64,000 nt of DNA, from positions 3,840,001 to 3,904,000 of the forward strand of contig OZ242351.1 in assembly GCA_965208675.1 (NCBI GenBank). The letters run 5' to 3'. Below the pieces are notes generated by a model. It searched no databases and was not told the origin of the DNA. It saw nothing but the letters and a program-made list of their open reading frames with translations. Position numbers and translations under genes: made by a program. The stretch comes from Candidatus Poribacteria bacterium (GTDB lineage Bacteria; Poribacteria; WGA-4E; PCPOR2b). Position 1 is the stretch's first letter, and every line of letters begins with the position of its first letter. Shown in pieces: positions 9,400 to 20,851 of the stretch.

Positions 9400-11817
9400 G
9401 TGAGAAACAAGTACCAAGACCAAGTGTTTGGATTTGCAGCGGACTGCAGTCCAGAGGATACAGGAACCGTCGAGCCCAACGCCGATATCGCCTGTAACTG
9501 GTGGCCGGACATCACAAATGTTTGGACGCCTATTGGGTGGCCTGATCATCTGTTCCGGTTCAATGTTGTCTATGACGGTGCAATCGTCGCCCATCCGATG
9601 GTGAGCCCTGTGGGCCAGTTGAAACCGCACATCAAACCGTATGCCGGTCAGGGGGTGCAACTCACCTTTATACCATCACCCTCTCCATATCTGGGATTGG
9701 GAGCGATAAATCTCTCCACACATGGATATGCAGAAACGAAGTTCCCCTATGCCGGCAGAGCGCCCCGAATCGGCAACCAGGGCTGGAACGAAACGCCAGC
9801 TCCGATTCTGTGGAGCGAATGGAGGCGTGAAGGGCTGGTGCTGCGCAAAGAAATCTTTGGCCACGTTGCCGGTGGTGGAGAGGTGCAGACAGGGATTGAA
9901 CCGCTCTTCGGTTGGATTCGCTTGTCGATTCACGATGTGGAGGATGGGTGCTCGTTTAACACATACGGTTTTCAGATTATCATCAATGCTTGCCATACCT
10001 TTTCCGGAGAAGGAGGTGGGGTGCTCCACGTTAATCCGCAACAGCTAGCTTATCCTCGAGAACTGAGGATGGAGCTGTCCGGTGATGAGGAAGAGCGAGG
10101 TATCAGGCTGGTTGAGCCCGACGGGCGAATCCGCCTGGCTGTAGCCAGTGGGCAGAATTGTAATATCCGCTTTCTACCGAAGGATGAGAGTGACGCATCC
10201 AATTTACTCTTTGTGAGCATGCCGGCGCAGAAAGGCGCACATCTGGATTTGCTCTTGCCTTTCCTGCCCGCAGATCCGATCGATTTTGCCGCTGAAATAA
10301 ACCTCGGTTACGATAGCGCCCTTGAGCAGAGCAATCGGTACTGGTCTGGCGTTCCTGCTACTGCGGCAAAAATGGCAACTCCTGAGAAGCTCGTGAACGG
10401 CGCCATTGAGCACAGTGTGAAGTTTGTGAAGCTATGTACTGAGACGAATCCCACGACCGGGGGACGTACCTTCCTCACCGGTACGCTGAACTACGAGCAG
10501 CTCTGGCCTACGTCGACATCACTCTACGTCCACATGCTGCTCGACATGATGGGTTATCACGAGTTTGTGGCAGAACATCTAGAGATTCTCAAGAAATCGC
10601 AGGGGGCACGCTTGCCGCCGGGCACCGGAAGAGCTGATGCGGAGGATGCCGTCAACTACTACGATTCCCATCCGGGTTACCTGTGCGCTCCGGAAAGTGT
10701 TGCCGTCATTGACTGGATGTCCGACCATGGAGCAATCCTCTATACGGTCTGCAATCATGGACTCCTGACCTCCGCCCAGGAATTCATCAATTGCTGGCTT
10801 CAGGCAATTCTGAAGGCATGCGACTTCATTCTTGATGCCCGTGAGATTACCGGACACGGCGGCGTGGCAGGACTCTTGCCCATGGGCGTTGACTCGGATA
10901 GTCAGCGCCAGATGCAATCTGTATGGGCGGACGGTTGGTGTTATCTGGGCCTCGCTACTGCCGTGCGCTTACTACGAAGGATTGGCCATCGCCGTACAGA
11001 GGAACTCTTTGAAGAAGCGGAGAACTACAAAGATGTCTTTGTCAAGGCGATACGCGAGCACACAGAGAGAAACCCGGTTTGGACCGACAGCACGGGTCAA
11101 GCACATCACTACGTACCGGGCGCATTTGCCGGCGCCGCGCCCCGTTTCGACGAGATGATCTATCTTGATACCGGCCCGCTTTTTGCGGTCTTTGCAGGGC
11201 TGATGGAGGCAGACGATCCGCTCATGCAGTCTACGTGCCAGTTCTTCCGTGAGCGGCAAGGGGTCGATCTGTACCGTGGATACTATACCAAGCACCCTTG
11301 CCTAATCCACGAAATCTCTTCATGCGAGCCCTGTTACAGTTGGAATATATTTCATTCGCATCAACTAAATGATCGGTACAGGTATTTGGAGGGTATGTAC
11401 AGCCTGTTTGCCGGCGGCCTATCGCGCCAGACCTATATCTCCTGCGAAATGCGCGGCGGAGTCACTGGCAACGTTTTCTCAGCGGCACCTGCGGCATATT
11501 TAGCAAGGCTGGCTGTGATTGACGATCTTCTGAAACCTGATGAGGAGTTACATCTTCTGCGATTGTGTCCTTTGGCTTGGCTGAAAGAAGGAGAGCAAAC
11601 TCGGTTCGTGAATATGCCAACGACGTTTGGCCCCCTGACGCTGGTATTCCAGCTGTTGGAGAATGGCACAAGTCTAGAGGTATCGTTCGTTCCGCGGTTC
11701 AGATATAAACCTAAGCGCGTCATTCTCCATGTTCCTCCGAAAACAGGGATTTCCAATGTCATCCTCAACGGTAAGACATTCGCAACAAGACCGGGCGAGA
11801 CGCTAAAGATTTCATGA
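9400..11817 (+). CDS. Hypothetical six-hairpin glycosidase-like protein
   Basis: Long ORF; likely GTG start at 9400 after AAGGAG. DHGAIL, VWADGW.Y.GL and LHLLRLCP.AWL resemble (alpha/alpha)6 glycosidases. Confidence 0.55.
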   Translation: MRNKYQDQVFGFAADCSPEDTGTVEPNADIACNWWPDITNVWTPIGWPDHLFRFNVVYDGAIVAHPMVSPVGQLKPHIKPYAGQGVQLTFIPSPSPYLGLGAINLSTHGYAETKFPYAGRAPRIGNQGWNETPAPILWSEWRREGLVLRKEIFGHVAGGGEVQTGIEPLFGWIRLSIHDVEDGCSFNTYGFQIIINACHTFSGEGGGVLHVNPQQLAYPRELRMELSGDEEERGIRLVEPDGRIRLAVASGQNCNIRFLPKDESDASNLLFVSMPAQKGAHLDLLLPFLPADPIDFAAEINLGYDSALEQSNRYWSGVPATAAKMATPEKLVNGAIEHSVKFVKLCTETNPTTGGRTFLTGTLNYEQLWPTSTSLYVHMLLDMMGYHEFVAEHLEILKKSQGARLPPGTGRADAEDAVNYYDSHPGYLCAPESVAVIDWMSDHGAILYTVCNHGLLTSAQEFINCWLQAILKACDFILDAREITGHGGVAGLLPMGVDSDSQRQMQSVWADGWCYLGLATAVRLLRRIGHRRTEELFEEAENYKDVFVKAIREHTERNPVWTDSTGQAHHYVPGAFAGAAPRFDEMIYLDTGPLFAVFAGLMEADDPLMQSTCQFFRERQGVDLYRGYYTKHPCLIHEISSCEPCYSWNIFHSHQLNDRYRYLEGMYSLFAGGLSRQTYISCEMRGGVTGNVFSAAPAAYLARLAVIDDLLKPDEELHLLRLCPLAWLKEGEQTRFVNMPTTFGPLTLVFQLLENGTSLEVSFVPRFRYKPKRVILHVPPKTGISNVILNGKTFATRPGETLKIS

Positions 11818-11958
11818 AGGTCAATTGGCGTTTTGGTGTCAAGTTTGGCTCCGACTAATTCTGTGTAAAGAGAGAGCATATTCAGTCATTGCGCACGGTC
11901 GTTTGAAGCAATTGGAATAGAACAAATAGACGAAATAGGCAACACATTTATTACCCCA

Positions 11959-13386
11959 ATGTTCTACTTATCAGCCCCCCATCCATACATTCCATCTAGA
12001 CTAAATAAATTGCATTGGTTGCTGATTCCAATCCTCCTAGTAGGAATCCTTCTGCGTTTCTACCATTTAGGTACTTGGAGTTTCTGGGTTGATGAGGTGC
12101 TCACGGTACTTGATGCGAAACGAATTTCAATGGAACATTTCCGAATCAACGGGATACCTTATCTAGCTGTTAAATTCTCAATGTCGATTGCAGGTGAAAA
12201 CGAATGGGGGGCGCGTCTCATCGCTTGCATCGTGGGAATCGTTTCCATCCCGCTTGTTTTCATGATTGGAAGGTCCATATTTAACCAGCGTGTTGGGATT
12301 TTTGCTTCGGCATTCGTGGCATTGTCAAGTTGGCACATATTATGGTCGCAGAATGCCCGCCATTATATCTTCACTTTTTTTTTCGGTGCATTGGCTGCGT
12401 GGACGTTTTTTCTCGCTATGGAACGGAATCGACTCCGTTTTTTGGTCGCCTCACTCGGTGCTACCATTCTACTCATCCTGTGTCACATGCCTTCGGGGTT
12501 GATTGTACCCGCGTTTGCGGGATACGCGGTCGGCTTTTGGCGAGGCAAAATATTTCGAGAAAAACCTGCTGGCTTACGCCTTCGAAACCTAGTAATTTTC
12601 TTCCTCCCACTTGGGGCGCCCCTACTCTTACTCGCTCTTCCTAGCTTTCGTAACGCCTTATTCTCGGGTTGGGGGTTGAACGAATGGGCTCGGAGTCCGT
12701 TTTATATCCTTTTTACGGTCGTCCATGGATTAAGTGTACCGGTGGCGGTTGCAGCATTCTTCACCGCGTTAACTCGTCCCATGAATCGTGGCGTGTGGTT
12801 CCTGATTTGCTACGCAGGCATACCACTCATTCTGCTGTTAATTGCTTCACAACTGTTCAATGTTGCTGGTTACTACGTATTTTTCACCGCCCCTGCTTAC
12901 TTTCTCCTAGCGGCAATCGGGTGTGACCGAATCTGGGCGGCAAAGCATAATCCGATAATGCTCCGTTGTATCTTGCCTGGTGTGATTATCATTGCAATGC
13001 TGTCTCTGGTCTATATTTACTTCCATGTTGAGAATGGAGGACGTGCGAAATGGCGTGAGGCATTCTCAGCAATCCAGTCGGACATGCGCGCAGACGATCT
13101 TGTTGTGGCTTCGATTCCGCAGGTAGGCGAATACTATCTTCCTGAAAGGGAGACAATCGCGTTAGAGGGAGTGATGGAAGACATTGACAGGTTTGAGCAA
13201 ATGTGGAAATCGAAGGGGCAGCGGGTGTGGTTCGTGCTCGATGCGGCGACTTTGAATGTGTTGGACGCGGGCGAGCAATTTCGGAGGCGGGTACGCCGGC
13301 AATCAAGGCTAATTCGCACGCATCCGGTCTCCGCAAGAGCCAAGAATCGCACGATTAACGTATACTTAGCCGATTTTCAAAAATAA
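11959..13386 (+). CDS. GT-C fold glycosyltransferase (family 39/PMT-like), multi-pass membrane protein
   Basis: LRFYHLG..SFWVDE, EWGARL, WSQNARHY, many TM helices. Confidence 0.85.
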   Translation: MFYLSAPHPYIPSRLNKLHWLLIPILLVGILLRFYHLGTWSFWVDEVLTVLDAKRISMEHFRINGIPYLAVKFSMSIAGENEWGARLIACIVGIVSIPLVFMIGRSIFNQRVGIFASAFVALSSWHILWSQNARHYIFTFFFGALAAWTFFLAMERNRLRFLVASLGATILLILCHMPSGLIVPAFAGYAVGFWRGKIFREKPAGLRLRNLVIFFLPLGAPLLLLALPSFRNALFSGWGLNEWARSPFYILFTVVHGLSVPVAVAAFFTALTRPMNRGVWFLICYAGIPLILLLIASQLFNVAGYYVFFTAPAYFLLAAIGCDRIWAAKHNPIMLRCILPGVIIIAMLSLVYIYFHVENGGRAKWREAFSAIQSDMRADDLVVASIPQVGEYYLPERETIALEGVMEDIDRFEQMWKSKGQRVWFVLDAATLNVLDAGEQFRRRVRRQSRLIRTHPVSARAKNRTINVYLADFQK

Positions 13387-13468
13387 ACTCCACGATTCAG
13401 TTTGTAGGCGAAGCAAGAACAGGTATTTCGGAACAACTCGGTTTTGTACTGCCGCATCACCGTGCATT

Positions 13469-14323
13469 TCAAGCACGTCTTGTTGTTTCCCGGTTTGAGA
13501 GGCGATGCAACAACGCCCGCCACCGAATTCGGAGATAAGAGGAGAAGCGAATCCAACTATAATTTTTGGAAATTCTTCCTACTTGAGGTACTTCGTCAAA
13601 AGCGCCGTTATGGCGATATAACGCATCCAGAGCTTGTTTCATGTCTGGCAAACCGTGCACAAGCGCCAAATGCCCCACAAACCGCCAATAAAACCCGAAT
13701 TTATCAGCGTCAGGGAAGCTGCCTTGACATAGAATTGGCCCCGAATCAATTCTTTCATCAATCTTGAGCAAGGTATAACCTACGTATTCAGGTTTTCCAT
13801 GTAGAAGTGCCCAGCCGACTGTGTAAAGCCCCCTATATTCGGGCGTTATCCCTTCATGTATCACAAACATACCGAACTTCGGAATGTTGAACAATTTTGG
13901 CTTAAAGATTGTGCGCGTACATGTCCCTAATATTATGTCTGGCGCGATTTCTTTAATCTTCTTCAACCAATGGCCTTTATGAATGTTATCGCAGGAGTAG
14001 CACGGTTTATCAAAGGTAGAATTCGTTCCGAACTGTTCTGTCAGTTGCGTTGTCCATAGCCGATTTTCCTCCTTCCCATACCGTAGCGTGTAAAAACCAA
14101 AAAACAACAGTTCGTCAAGCGTACGGAGTAAACCAAGGCGCCTTATTCTTTTTTTCACTTCCTTCATGCGCGCTTTGCGCGACGACCATTCCTCTTCTAT
14201 GAAGAATGCGGCACAAAACGTATAGTTTTCGTCCAGCCAATCGATAATCCCCATGTTTACGCCGGTTCTGCGCCCCACAAAGACTACCTTCATTCCCTTT
14301 GGATCGAGTTTTTTCATAATCAC
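13469..14323 (-). CDS. Formyltransferase-domain protein
   Basis: IHEGITPEYRG, GYTL..IDERIDSGPIL.Q. Confidence 0.8.
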   Translation of the reverse strand: MIMKKLDPKGMKVVFVGRRTGVNMGIIDWLDENYTFCAAFFIEEEWSSRKARMKEVKKRIRRLGLLRTLDELLFFGFYTLRYGKEENRLWTTQLTEQFGTNSTFDKPCYSCDNIHKGHWLKKIKEIAPDIILGTCTRTIFKPKLFNIPKFGMFVIHEGITPEYRGLYTVGWALLHGKPEYVGYTLLKIDERIDSGPILCQGSFPDADKFGFYWRFVGHLALVHGLPDMKQALDALYRHNGAFDEVPQVGRISKNYSWIRFSSYLRIRWRALLHRLSNRETTRRA

Positions 14324-14385
14324 GCCTAAATCGTCACACCTACAGTTTTTACTGCCGAAAATCGGGCATTTTTTTCACTTTACCG

Positions 14386-17300
14386 TTAACGCAGGATTGC
14401 TAGTTTTCCAATTTTCTCAATCTTCCGATCGTCTGTATCAACAATCACTTTGTAAAAATATGTGCCGTTTGCAAGACGCACTCCATTTTCATCACGCACA
14501 TCCCAATGGGTTTCATTATAATGTCGTCTGGGAGATTCTTCTTCAAGTGTGCGCACAAGTCTGCCATTAACTGTATAAATTTTGATTGTCACCTGATTTG
14601 GGGGTTGTACGAGATTATAGGTGAATGCGGTATTTGTCCGCACTGGATTCGGCGCGTTCAACACGTCTGAGATTTCCACCGGTTCGTCGAGTCGGAACCG
14701 GTAAGACGGTGACGCAGCAGCATTTTCACTCTCGTCTGCAGCGAGAGCTTGAATTTGGTAATCACCGTTGACCAAATCTGGTTCAAAGGAGATTCGGGCG
14801 TAGGCTGGCTGGTTTGCATCGAATTCAAAGTCGTAACTTTCTACCGCCAATGGGATGGGCAGGCTTTCCCATTCGCCAAAAAGAAGTTGAACCGTCCCCG
14901 GGTCAATTTTGTCGTCATCGGCAATCTGTACCTCAAACTGCGGTTGTTCTCGCAAGACGACACCATCTGTTAATGCCGCGCCGTTGACCAAAATTTCAAT
15001 TGATGGGGATTCCAAATCTGGATCTTCCTCGACAAAGAACAGAAATTCACGGAGTCCGCCTTTGCCGCCAAGCTCATTTCCGTTCAGGTCATTGAACCAG
15101 ATTCTGAATAGATAGCGGCCGATGAAGAGGATAGGTTTGTAATAAATGCCAACCGTAGTCACTGGCCCTTCACTGGTAATATTGAAGTCCTTAATTTTCT
15201 TAAAGGTCTTAAAATCTTTACTCACCGCAAATACGAAGCTATCCATATCAACGCCATTCTCATCTTCCAAAAACAGTGAAATCTCAGGACGGGGCGAAAT
15301 TACGCTCTCGTGCTTGGGTATTTCGCCATTTACCCAAAGTTGAAGTCTTGGAGCAGTTTGATCGGCATTCAATATAAGGGCGACCGTAGTAAGCTCCTTA
15401 ATCTCCGCCGAGATGACTCCCACCGTCGAAGTGCTGAACTTGATTTTATCTCCATATTCATAAGGCTTATCACCTGTATTGACAAGCAATTCGATGCCTA
15501 ACTCACTGAGGATTAGCGGTCTATTGACCGCACCTCGAACGGGTGCACCGCTCGGATAACGAACCAGTTCGTTAAATCTGTTGCGAATCTCAAATTGCCT
15601 GCTGTTGCTGAAAAAGAGGAGCCAATTGCCGATCTCAAATAGATTCTCCGGACCGCCGTATACACTTACATGTGCGGTTCCATTGCCGGCATTAGCATTT
15701 CGGGGGGAAGTAAAGCGCGCTACACCTTCCACGGTCTGTGTTTCAAACGTCAGGATGTCTCCAAATTCAAAGATTTGATTTCTGCCCAAGGCGTCCGTTT
15801 TTCCACGGGGAATGTTGAACTCGATTCCGAGGATTTCATCCCTAAATGATTTATCCAAATGGCCAGTTTGGCCCAATTTTTCGATTTCACTCTTTCCATT
15901 TCTCCGCAGCAGCACCTCATATCGGTCAGCGTCGAGGAAAAAAACTACCCATTTCCCTTCAGGCGTAAGGTTAGGGTCAACACGGATATCAGATGCCCGC
16001 AACTGTTGAACACTTGCATTTTCAACTACCGGAGGTGTTACAAACCTTTCTTGAATAAAACCGCCGTCGCTATCGCGTGGAATTTCAGAGGGCAGTCTTT
16101 CCCATGCTTTAATTTTATCCTGCCAGGCGTAGATTGCGAGTCCGCTTGCCTCCCTATCCAAGAGGCGATTAAATCCGTCATCATCGGGAGCAAGGTTATA
16201 TTTTTTTTGTACGTGGTTTCCCAAGGTATTCAGGTCAAATCGCAGCTTGATTTCTGCCGGTTTGACTAGTTGGTTTGTGTCCGAGTGCAGTTCAATTTTG
16301 TAGGCTCGCGCACCGGTCTGGACATCTTGGCTCTGCGATGTCACCGCACTTGGAATCGGAAGTTGTATTAGAGTTAGATCGGACTGGAATGAGACAGGCG
16401 GCTCAACGGTATCAATTGAGAGCGTTGTTGGTTCTGATGCGCCAATTGGAAAAAAGGCGTCAAAAATCCGATCTAGGCTAAATGCAGTCAGCGTTTCATT
16501 GGCTTTCAAACTGAATTCGTTGACGACAAATGAGTTAAAACCCTTGTTGTCGAAAGATCTCGGTTCGTCGAGTTTTCCGACGATTTCATCCGTATGATCG
16601 TCATCTTCGTCCTCTGGGTCGGCAAAAACATAAACCTTGTGGAATCCTGTCGAGAGCGGTTCCTCCAAAATTAAAGTTGCAGTGACTTCTTGAAGGTCAA
16701 TCGCTCCAGGTTTCCATAGTTCTGGTCTAATTATAGTATGTCCGAAAACCTTTACGTCCGCATCAATCTCGTGGTCGTTGTTCCAATCCGGATTCCCTTC
16801 CGTAAACCAGACCTCTATATCTGTATCAACCGGTTGGCCGCCATTGTTGACAAGGTCGGCGCTCAACGTGAATGCTTTGAGTTCCTTGGAAAAACCGTAT
16901 CGAATAGCCGTGACTTTAGATGCCATAGATGCGATAGCGATGTTTGCGCCTTCGGGTACTTTAATTGATGCTCTTTCGCTTCGAATGACGTTGTTAGTGC
17001 TGTCCGTTACTACTATCTGATAACGCACCACTTTTCCTCTTTTCGGTAGAGGAATTGGGGCCTGGAGTTCGTACCACACGCCACCTGGCACAGTAGATTC
17101 CGGAGGTGTCGGATCGGGTACCATCGGAGCAGTCTGTTCTTTGAAATCGACAGTATTACTCCAGATGACCTTGACGGATTTGATGCCAGCGATTCCCTCA
17201 TTATCCACAATCTGTGCAGAGAGGTTCAGGGTTTGCGTTACTTTATCATCCATGATTTCGCGCACCTCTTGGATAATCGGCTGATACATCCAAAACTTCG

Positions 17301-20300
17301 TACCGCCGATAGCCGCGTGCTGATTGTCGAAAGCAAAGAGCCGTACAATCCCTTGCCCGGGTTTAGCATCCTGAGGTATTGGGATTTGAATTTCCCCAAA
17401 CTCACCCTGCCAGACTTGAATTCGACTACGTTGTCTTGGATTGTCGTTGGCGGTGTCAGCATCCAAATCATTTGCAAATAGCGCTAGTGCAGACATGGAG
17501 CCGGTATTGAAATCGGTTGCTGTGGTAAATTCAATTTTCCCGGTCGCCGTGGAAGATTGACGGCGGCCCACACGGTTGGGAAGAATCACTATTTTCTTGT
17601 CCGGATCAAGCGCAATTTCCTCCAATTCAACGGCAATCTCTAAATCCGGAACGGCAAGCCGTGTCGCCGGATCGCCAAAAAGGGTGTATTGTTCTGCCCC
17701 CGGGATCCAGAGTTCGAAAGATTTCATTATAAATTGTGTTTTCGCATCGGCAACAATTGCGCCAAGCGTCGGCGGTTTAATCTCGAACATTGAAGTGAAG
17801 AGATCTTTATCGAATACAGCATTGGCAGATCCATACGTCTGACGGGTGGCACTCAAGGTAGCAACCGCGCCGTACTTTCCCATCATGAATTGCTCGCTCA
17901 AGCTGCGATGCCCAAACGGCTCCGGTTTATCAAATTGACCGTTGAGACATGTCGTCGTCACGATGAATGGAAGACGCCGGTTTTGCAACTGCTGTGCATT
18001 CACAATTCGGAAAATTCCCTCATCCGCCCAAGTGTGAGCCCCACCATGCCCCGCATATTCGGCAATTAGCACGCCATCATCGAACGTATTGAGAATGGTG
18101 CGTTTCGTGACTTCCGGACTGACAATTTGTCCTAAATAGACCTTCCGTGTATCGAATGCAACGGGAATAGTCTCCTGAATAAGCTCTTCACGGCTACGCT
18201 CGAATATGTCATCCGTTGCATGATCAACATTATTATCAGCAATCTGCATCAGTCGTCCCTGCCAGGGTCCTGCTTCAAGTTTTTCTTCATAGTCAATAAT
18301 TTTTCTGATCATGGTACTCAACTCATGAGGACGCTGAACGGATAAACGCCCAATGAACATGTCGGGCAGCGTATCGTCACCACTGATTGTGACAAAACGG
18401 TGATCCATGGCGGTTTCTCCACTATGCGACGCCCATCCGTGAATTGTCGGCACAAAGATTGGGTAGAGATCGAAACTTCTCCCATCCAATTTTACCGCCT
18501 CGACCGTTGCGCTCTTGTGGTCCCAATGGGCGTCCCCAACCAAGAGTACATAGGTAGGCGCAGGTTTTTGCCAACTTGTGTAGGCGTACCGCAGGAATTT
18601 CTGAATTGCAAAGGGGTTGAAAATCCCGTTACTAAACTGGTCATAAACTGTCTCAACATCAACGACCATTAACGACAACCCTTGCGATTGGCGAAACTCA
18701 ACTAAAGGCTTGACGCTCTCAATAAAGTCTTTGTGTGATATGATGATATAATCGGCTTGATTAGCGGGATTTCTCAAGGAAGAGGGTTGGGCTGGCAGGA
18801 TTAGAGTTGGCCGCGAATAGCGGTTATTTTCAATTACAAAGTAACTAGACGGCTGGGTGAGGTTGTCTTCGAAAATCAATTCATGACTAGCGCCAATCTG
18901 ATCTACTTGTCCATTCACAAGCTTTGAGACGATGCTTCCGCCGATAATCTTGTACACGTCAACCGCTGAACGACGCAGATTCTTCACGCGGTATTGCACG
19001 GTTCCATGTACTCGCGGTACTGTGTCCGAATTGAACTCAAGTCTTCCTCCCGACGCCTCAAACGCATGCCAGTAGTCAAGTTCAAACCAGTCCAAGTAAA
19101 AATCATAATTATTTGTTCGGGGAGGTGTGGGTGGTTTGTCTTCAGCAATAATAGTTAGAAAATTGGGTGAATCTCGATGAATAAACTCGTGCTGCTTAAT
19201 GTCACGGACAATGACTGGAGCGGCTTGTTTTCTCCATTCAGCCACACGTCCTTGTTGTACATTGTTGAACATGATGCGAGCACGGTGTTCAGCGTTATTT
19301 TTACTTTCGCCGCCTTGTAGCCTAATGCGCAGTTCCGCATCCCGTTCAATGAGGCCGCGTGGAATTGCGCGAGGAACATCAATTCGGAAAGTTTTCTCTC
19401 TGAGATTTCTATTTTGACTCTCGTTAATCAACCCTTGCCAAAAATAGTGATCAGCAAACTCGGATTTAACCTCAATAAGCGCATCATGCAGGTAATCTTT
19501 TTCAAAATGTTCTGTCTTCTTGAATGCGATGGGTATGGGTGAATCCGTCGTTTTGGGAACTGCATCCTGTTCACTTACTCTCAAGCCGCCGGTGTTTCCC
19601 CAATAGAGCCAGTAGATGTTTTCATTCGTAAACTTATTGCCAATCAGTGCTTGTCCGTAAAAAACGATCGAATCACCTAAATCAAATTCCCCATTGTCGT
19701 CTTTGTCGAAAATATAGATACCAACTTGTCTTCCGCCATTCTCCATAGTAACTGTATTGAGATCGATTGATGCAGGGTTTACTCCAAATCGCTTGAGTGT
19801 ATTAAAAGTCACTTGGTAGAGGTCTGACCGAGTAATTGGGATTTTGTATCGCTGTTGATGACTACTTTGAGCTGCTGGGGCTGCCAATACACGTTGCTCT
19901 AAACTGTTGAAGTTCTGCCGCCATGCCTTTGCTTGGCTATAATTTAGCAAGTTTTTCTGAAAGAGCTGCTCAAATGGTTGGGAGGCAGAAGTGTTGAATT
20001 GATTCGCGGCGGGAGCCATTGGCGCAACCAGTGTACGGTGGGGGGAATGGAATTCAATCCGGACTTGTAGCTCGTTATGGATTTTGAGTTGCCCGTTAAC
20101 CGGATTATACTGAACTGGTTGAATCTGCAGTCGAGCAACGCGCTGCTCCCGGATAAATCCGAGTGGGACGACTTCGACGAGTTTGCCCGGATGAAAGGCG
20201 TTTCTTCGCTGATAAAAGCTAGTATCCATATCAATTGCCGATTTTTGATGGTTGAGCGCCGGTCGTTGGGCTGGGGCAATAAGCTTCGATTGGCGTATTT

Positions 20301-20736
20301 CGGATTGAGAACTCATAACACTTGCATAAGGCGAGCCGCCGTCAGGAATACCAATCAGTTGCATGTAGACGGGTAAACGGGGACGCCCAATATCCATGCT
20401 AAGCACGGCACCGTCAAAGGTGATTTCCGCAAAAGGGCGCCCTTTAACTTCCGTTTCATTAAATTGCAGGGGTGGCAGGTGGAATTTGAGGATTAGGCTG
20501 TCGGCGTTCGCATGAACGACTTTCAGCGGTGACGCCTCGACGCAAGGCGCCAGAATACGCAAATAAACAAGTGAAATCGTTAGGAGAAGCCAACTAGACG
20601 TAACAGCGCGGGTGGGGTTTGGTAGAATGGGGGTTGCCCTACAATACTCATCAGGAAAGTGGCGGGATTTCCGCATTTCTCGATTTCCCCTTTTACACAT
20701 TTGATTTCGTATATGGTACATAAAATTCAATTTCAA
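14386..20736 (-). CDS. Giant C25 (gingipain/PorU-like) cysteine peptidase with propeptide, Ig-like repeats and FlgD/T9SS-CTD-like C-terminus
   Basis: YVLLVGDA, IGRLSV, YAGHG (catalytic His), TTCLNG (catalytic Cys), LFGDP, C-terminal NAPNP...IYTVNGRLVR...WD.RD..G...G.YFY. Start uncertain (~20676). Confidence 0.85.
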   Translation of the reverse strand: MKLNFMYHIRNQMCKRGNREMRKSRHFPDEYCRATPILPNPTRAVTSSWLLLTISLVYLRILAPCVEASPLKVVHANADSLILKFHLPPLQFNETEVKGRPFAEITFDGAVLSMDIGRPRLPVYMQLIGIPDGGSPYASVMSSQSEIRQSKLIAPAQRPALNHQKSAIDMDTSFYQRRNAFHPGKLVEVVPLGFIREQRVARLQIQPVQYNPVNGQLKIHNELQVRIEFHSPHRTLVAPMAPAANQFNTSASQPFEQLFQKNLLNYSQAKAWRQNFNSLEQRVLAAPAAQSSHQQRYKIPITRSDLYQVTFNTLKRFGVNPASIDLNTVTMENGGRQVGIYIFDKDDNGEFDLGDSIVFYGQALIGNKFTNENIYWLYWGNTGGLRVSEQDAVPKTTDSPIPIAFKKTEHFEKDYLHDALIEVKSEFADHYFWQGLINESQNRNLREKTFRIDVPRAIPRGLIERDAELRIRLQGGESKNNAEHRARIMFNNVQQGRVAEWRKQAAPVIVRDIKQHEFIHRDSPNFLTIIAEDKPPTPPRTNNYDFYLDWFELDYWHAFEASGGRLEFNSDTVPRVHGTVQYRVKNLRRSAVDVYKIIGGSIVSKLVNGQVDQIGASHELIFEDNLTQPSSYFVIENNRYSRPTLILPAQPSSLRNPANQADYIIISHKDFIESVKPLVEFRQSQGLSLMVVDVETVYDQFSNGIFNPFAIQKFLRYAYTSWQKPAPTYVLLVGDAHWDHKSATVEAVKLDGRSFDLYPIFVPTIHGWASHSGETAMDHRFVTISGDDTLPDMFIGRLSVQRPHELSTMIRKIIDYEEKLEAGPWQGRLMQIADNNVDHATDDIFERSREELIQETIPVAFDTRKVYLGQIVSPEVTKRTILNTFDDGVLIAEYAGHGGAHTWADEGIFRIVNAQQLQNRRLPFIVTTTCLNGQFDKPEPFGHRSLSEQFMMGKYGAVATLSATRQTYGSANAVFDKDLFTSMFEIKPPTLGAIVADAKTQFIMKSFELWIPGAEQYTLFGDPATRLAVPDLEIAVELEEIALDPDKKIVILPNRVGRRQSSTATGKIEFTTATDFNTGSMSALALFANDLDADTANDNPRQRSRIQVWQGEFGEIQIPIPQDAKPGQGIVRLFAFDNQHAAIGGTKFWMYQPIIQEVREIMDDKVTQTLNLSAQIVDNEGIAGIKSVKVIWSNTVDFKEQTAPMVPDPTPPESTVPGGVWYELQAPIPLPKRGKVVRYQIVVTDSTNNVIRSERASIKVPEGANIAIASMASKVTAIRYGFSKELKAFTLSADLVNNGGQPVDTDIEVWFTEGNPDWNNDHEIDADVKVFGHTIIRPELWKPGAIDLQEVTATLILEEPLSTGFHKVYVFADPEDEDDDHTDEIVGKLDEPRSFDNKGFNSFVVNEFSLKANETLTAFSLDRIFDAFFPIGASEPTTLSIDTVEPPVSFQSDLTLIQLPIPSAVTSQSQDVQTGARAYKIELHSDTNQLVKPAEIKLRFDLNTLGNHVQKKYNLAPDDDGFNRLLDREASGLAIYAWQDKIKAWERLPSEIPRDSDGGFIQERFVTPPVVENASVQQLRASDIRVDPNLTPEGKWVVFFLDADRYEVLLRRNGKSEIEKLGQTGHLDKSFRDEILGIEFNIPRGKTDALGRNQIFEFGDILTFETQTVEGVARFTSPRNANAGNGTAHVSVYGGPENLFEIGNWLLFFSNSRQFEIRNRFNELVRYPSGAPVRGAVNRPLILSELGIELLVNTGDKPYEYGDKIKFSTSTVGVISAEIKELTTVALILNADQTAPRLQLWVNGEIPKHESVISPRPEISLFLEDENGVDMDSFVFAVSKDFKTFKKIKDFNITSEGPVTTVGIYYKPILFIGRYLFRIWFNDLNGNELGGKGGLREFLFFVEEDPDLESPSIEILVNGAALTDGVVLREQPQFEVQIADDDKIDPGTVQLLFGEWESLPIPLAVESYDFEFDANQPAYARISFEPDLVNGDYQIQALAADESENAAASPSYRFRLDEPVEISDVLNAPNPVRTNTAFTYNLVQPPNQVTIKIYTVNGRLVRTLEEESPRRHYNETHWDVRDENGVRLANGTYFYKVIVDTDDRKIEKIGKLAILR

Positions 20737-20851
20737 CCGAGATATGGCGGGAAATCTCGGCGCGGAATAAGGGGACAGCCAAGGCGGCAGGTGGTTTGCG
20801 TTGATGCGCAGCGCCTAAAATCTTAAGAACTGAAGCGCAATATAAGAACTT

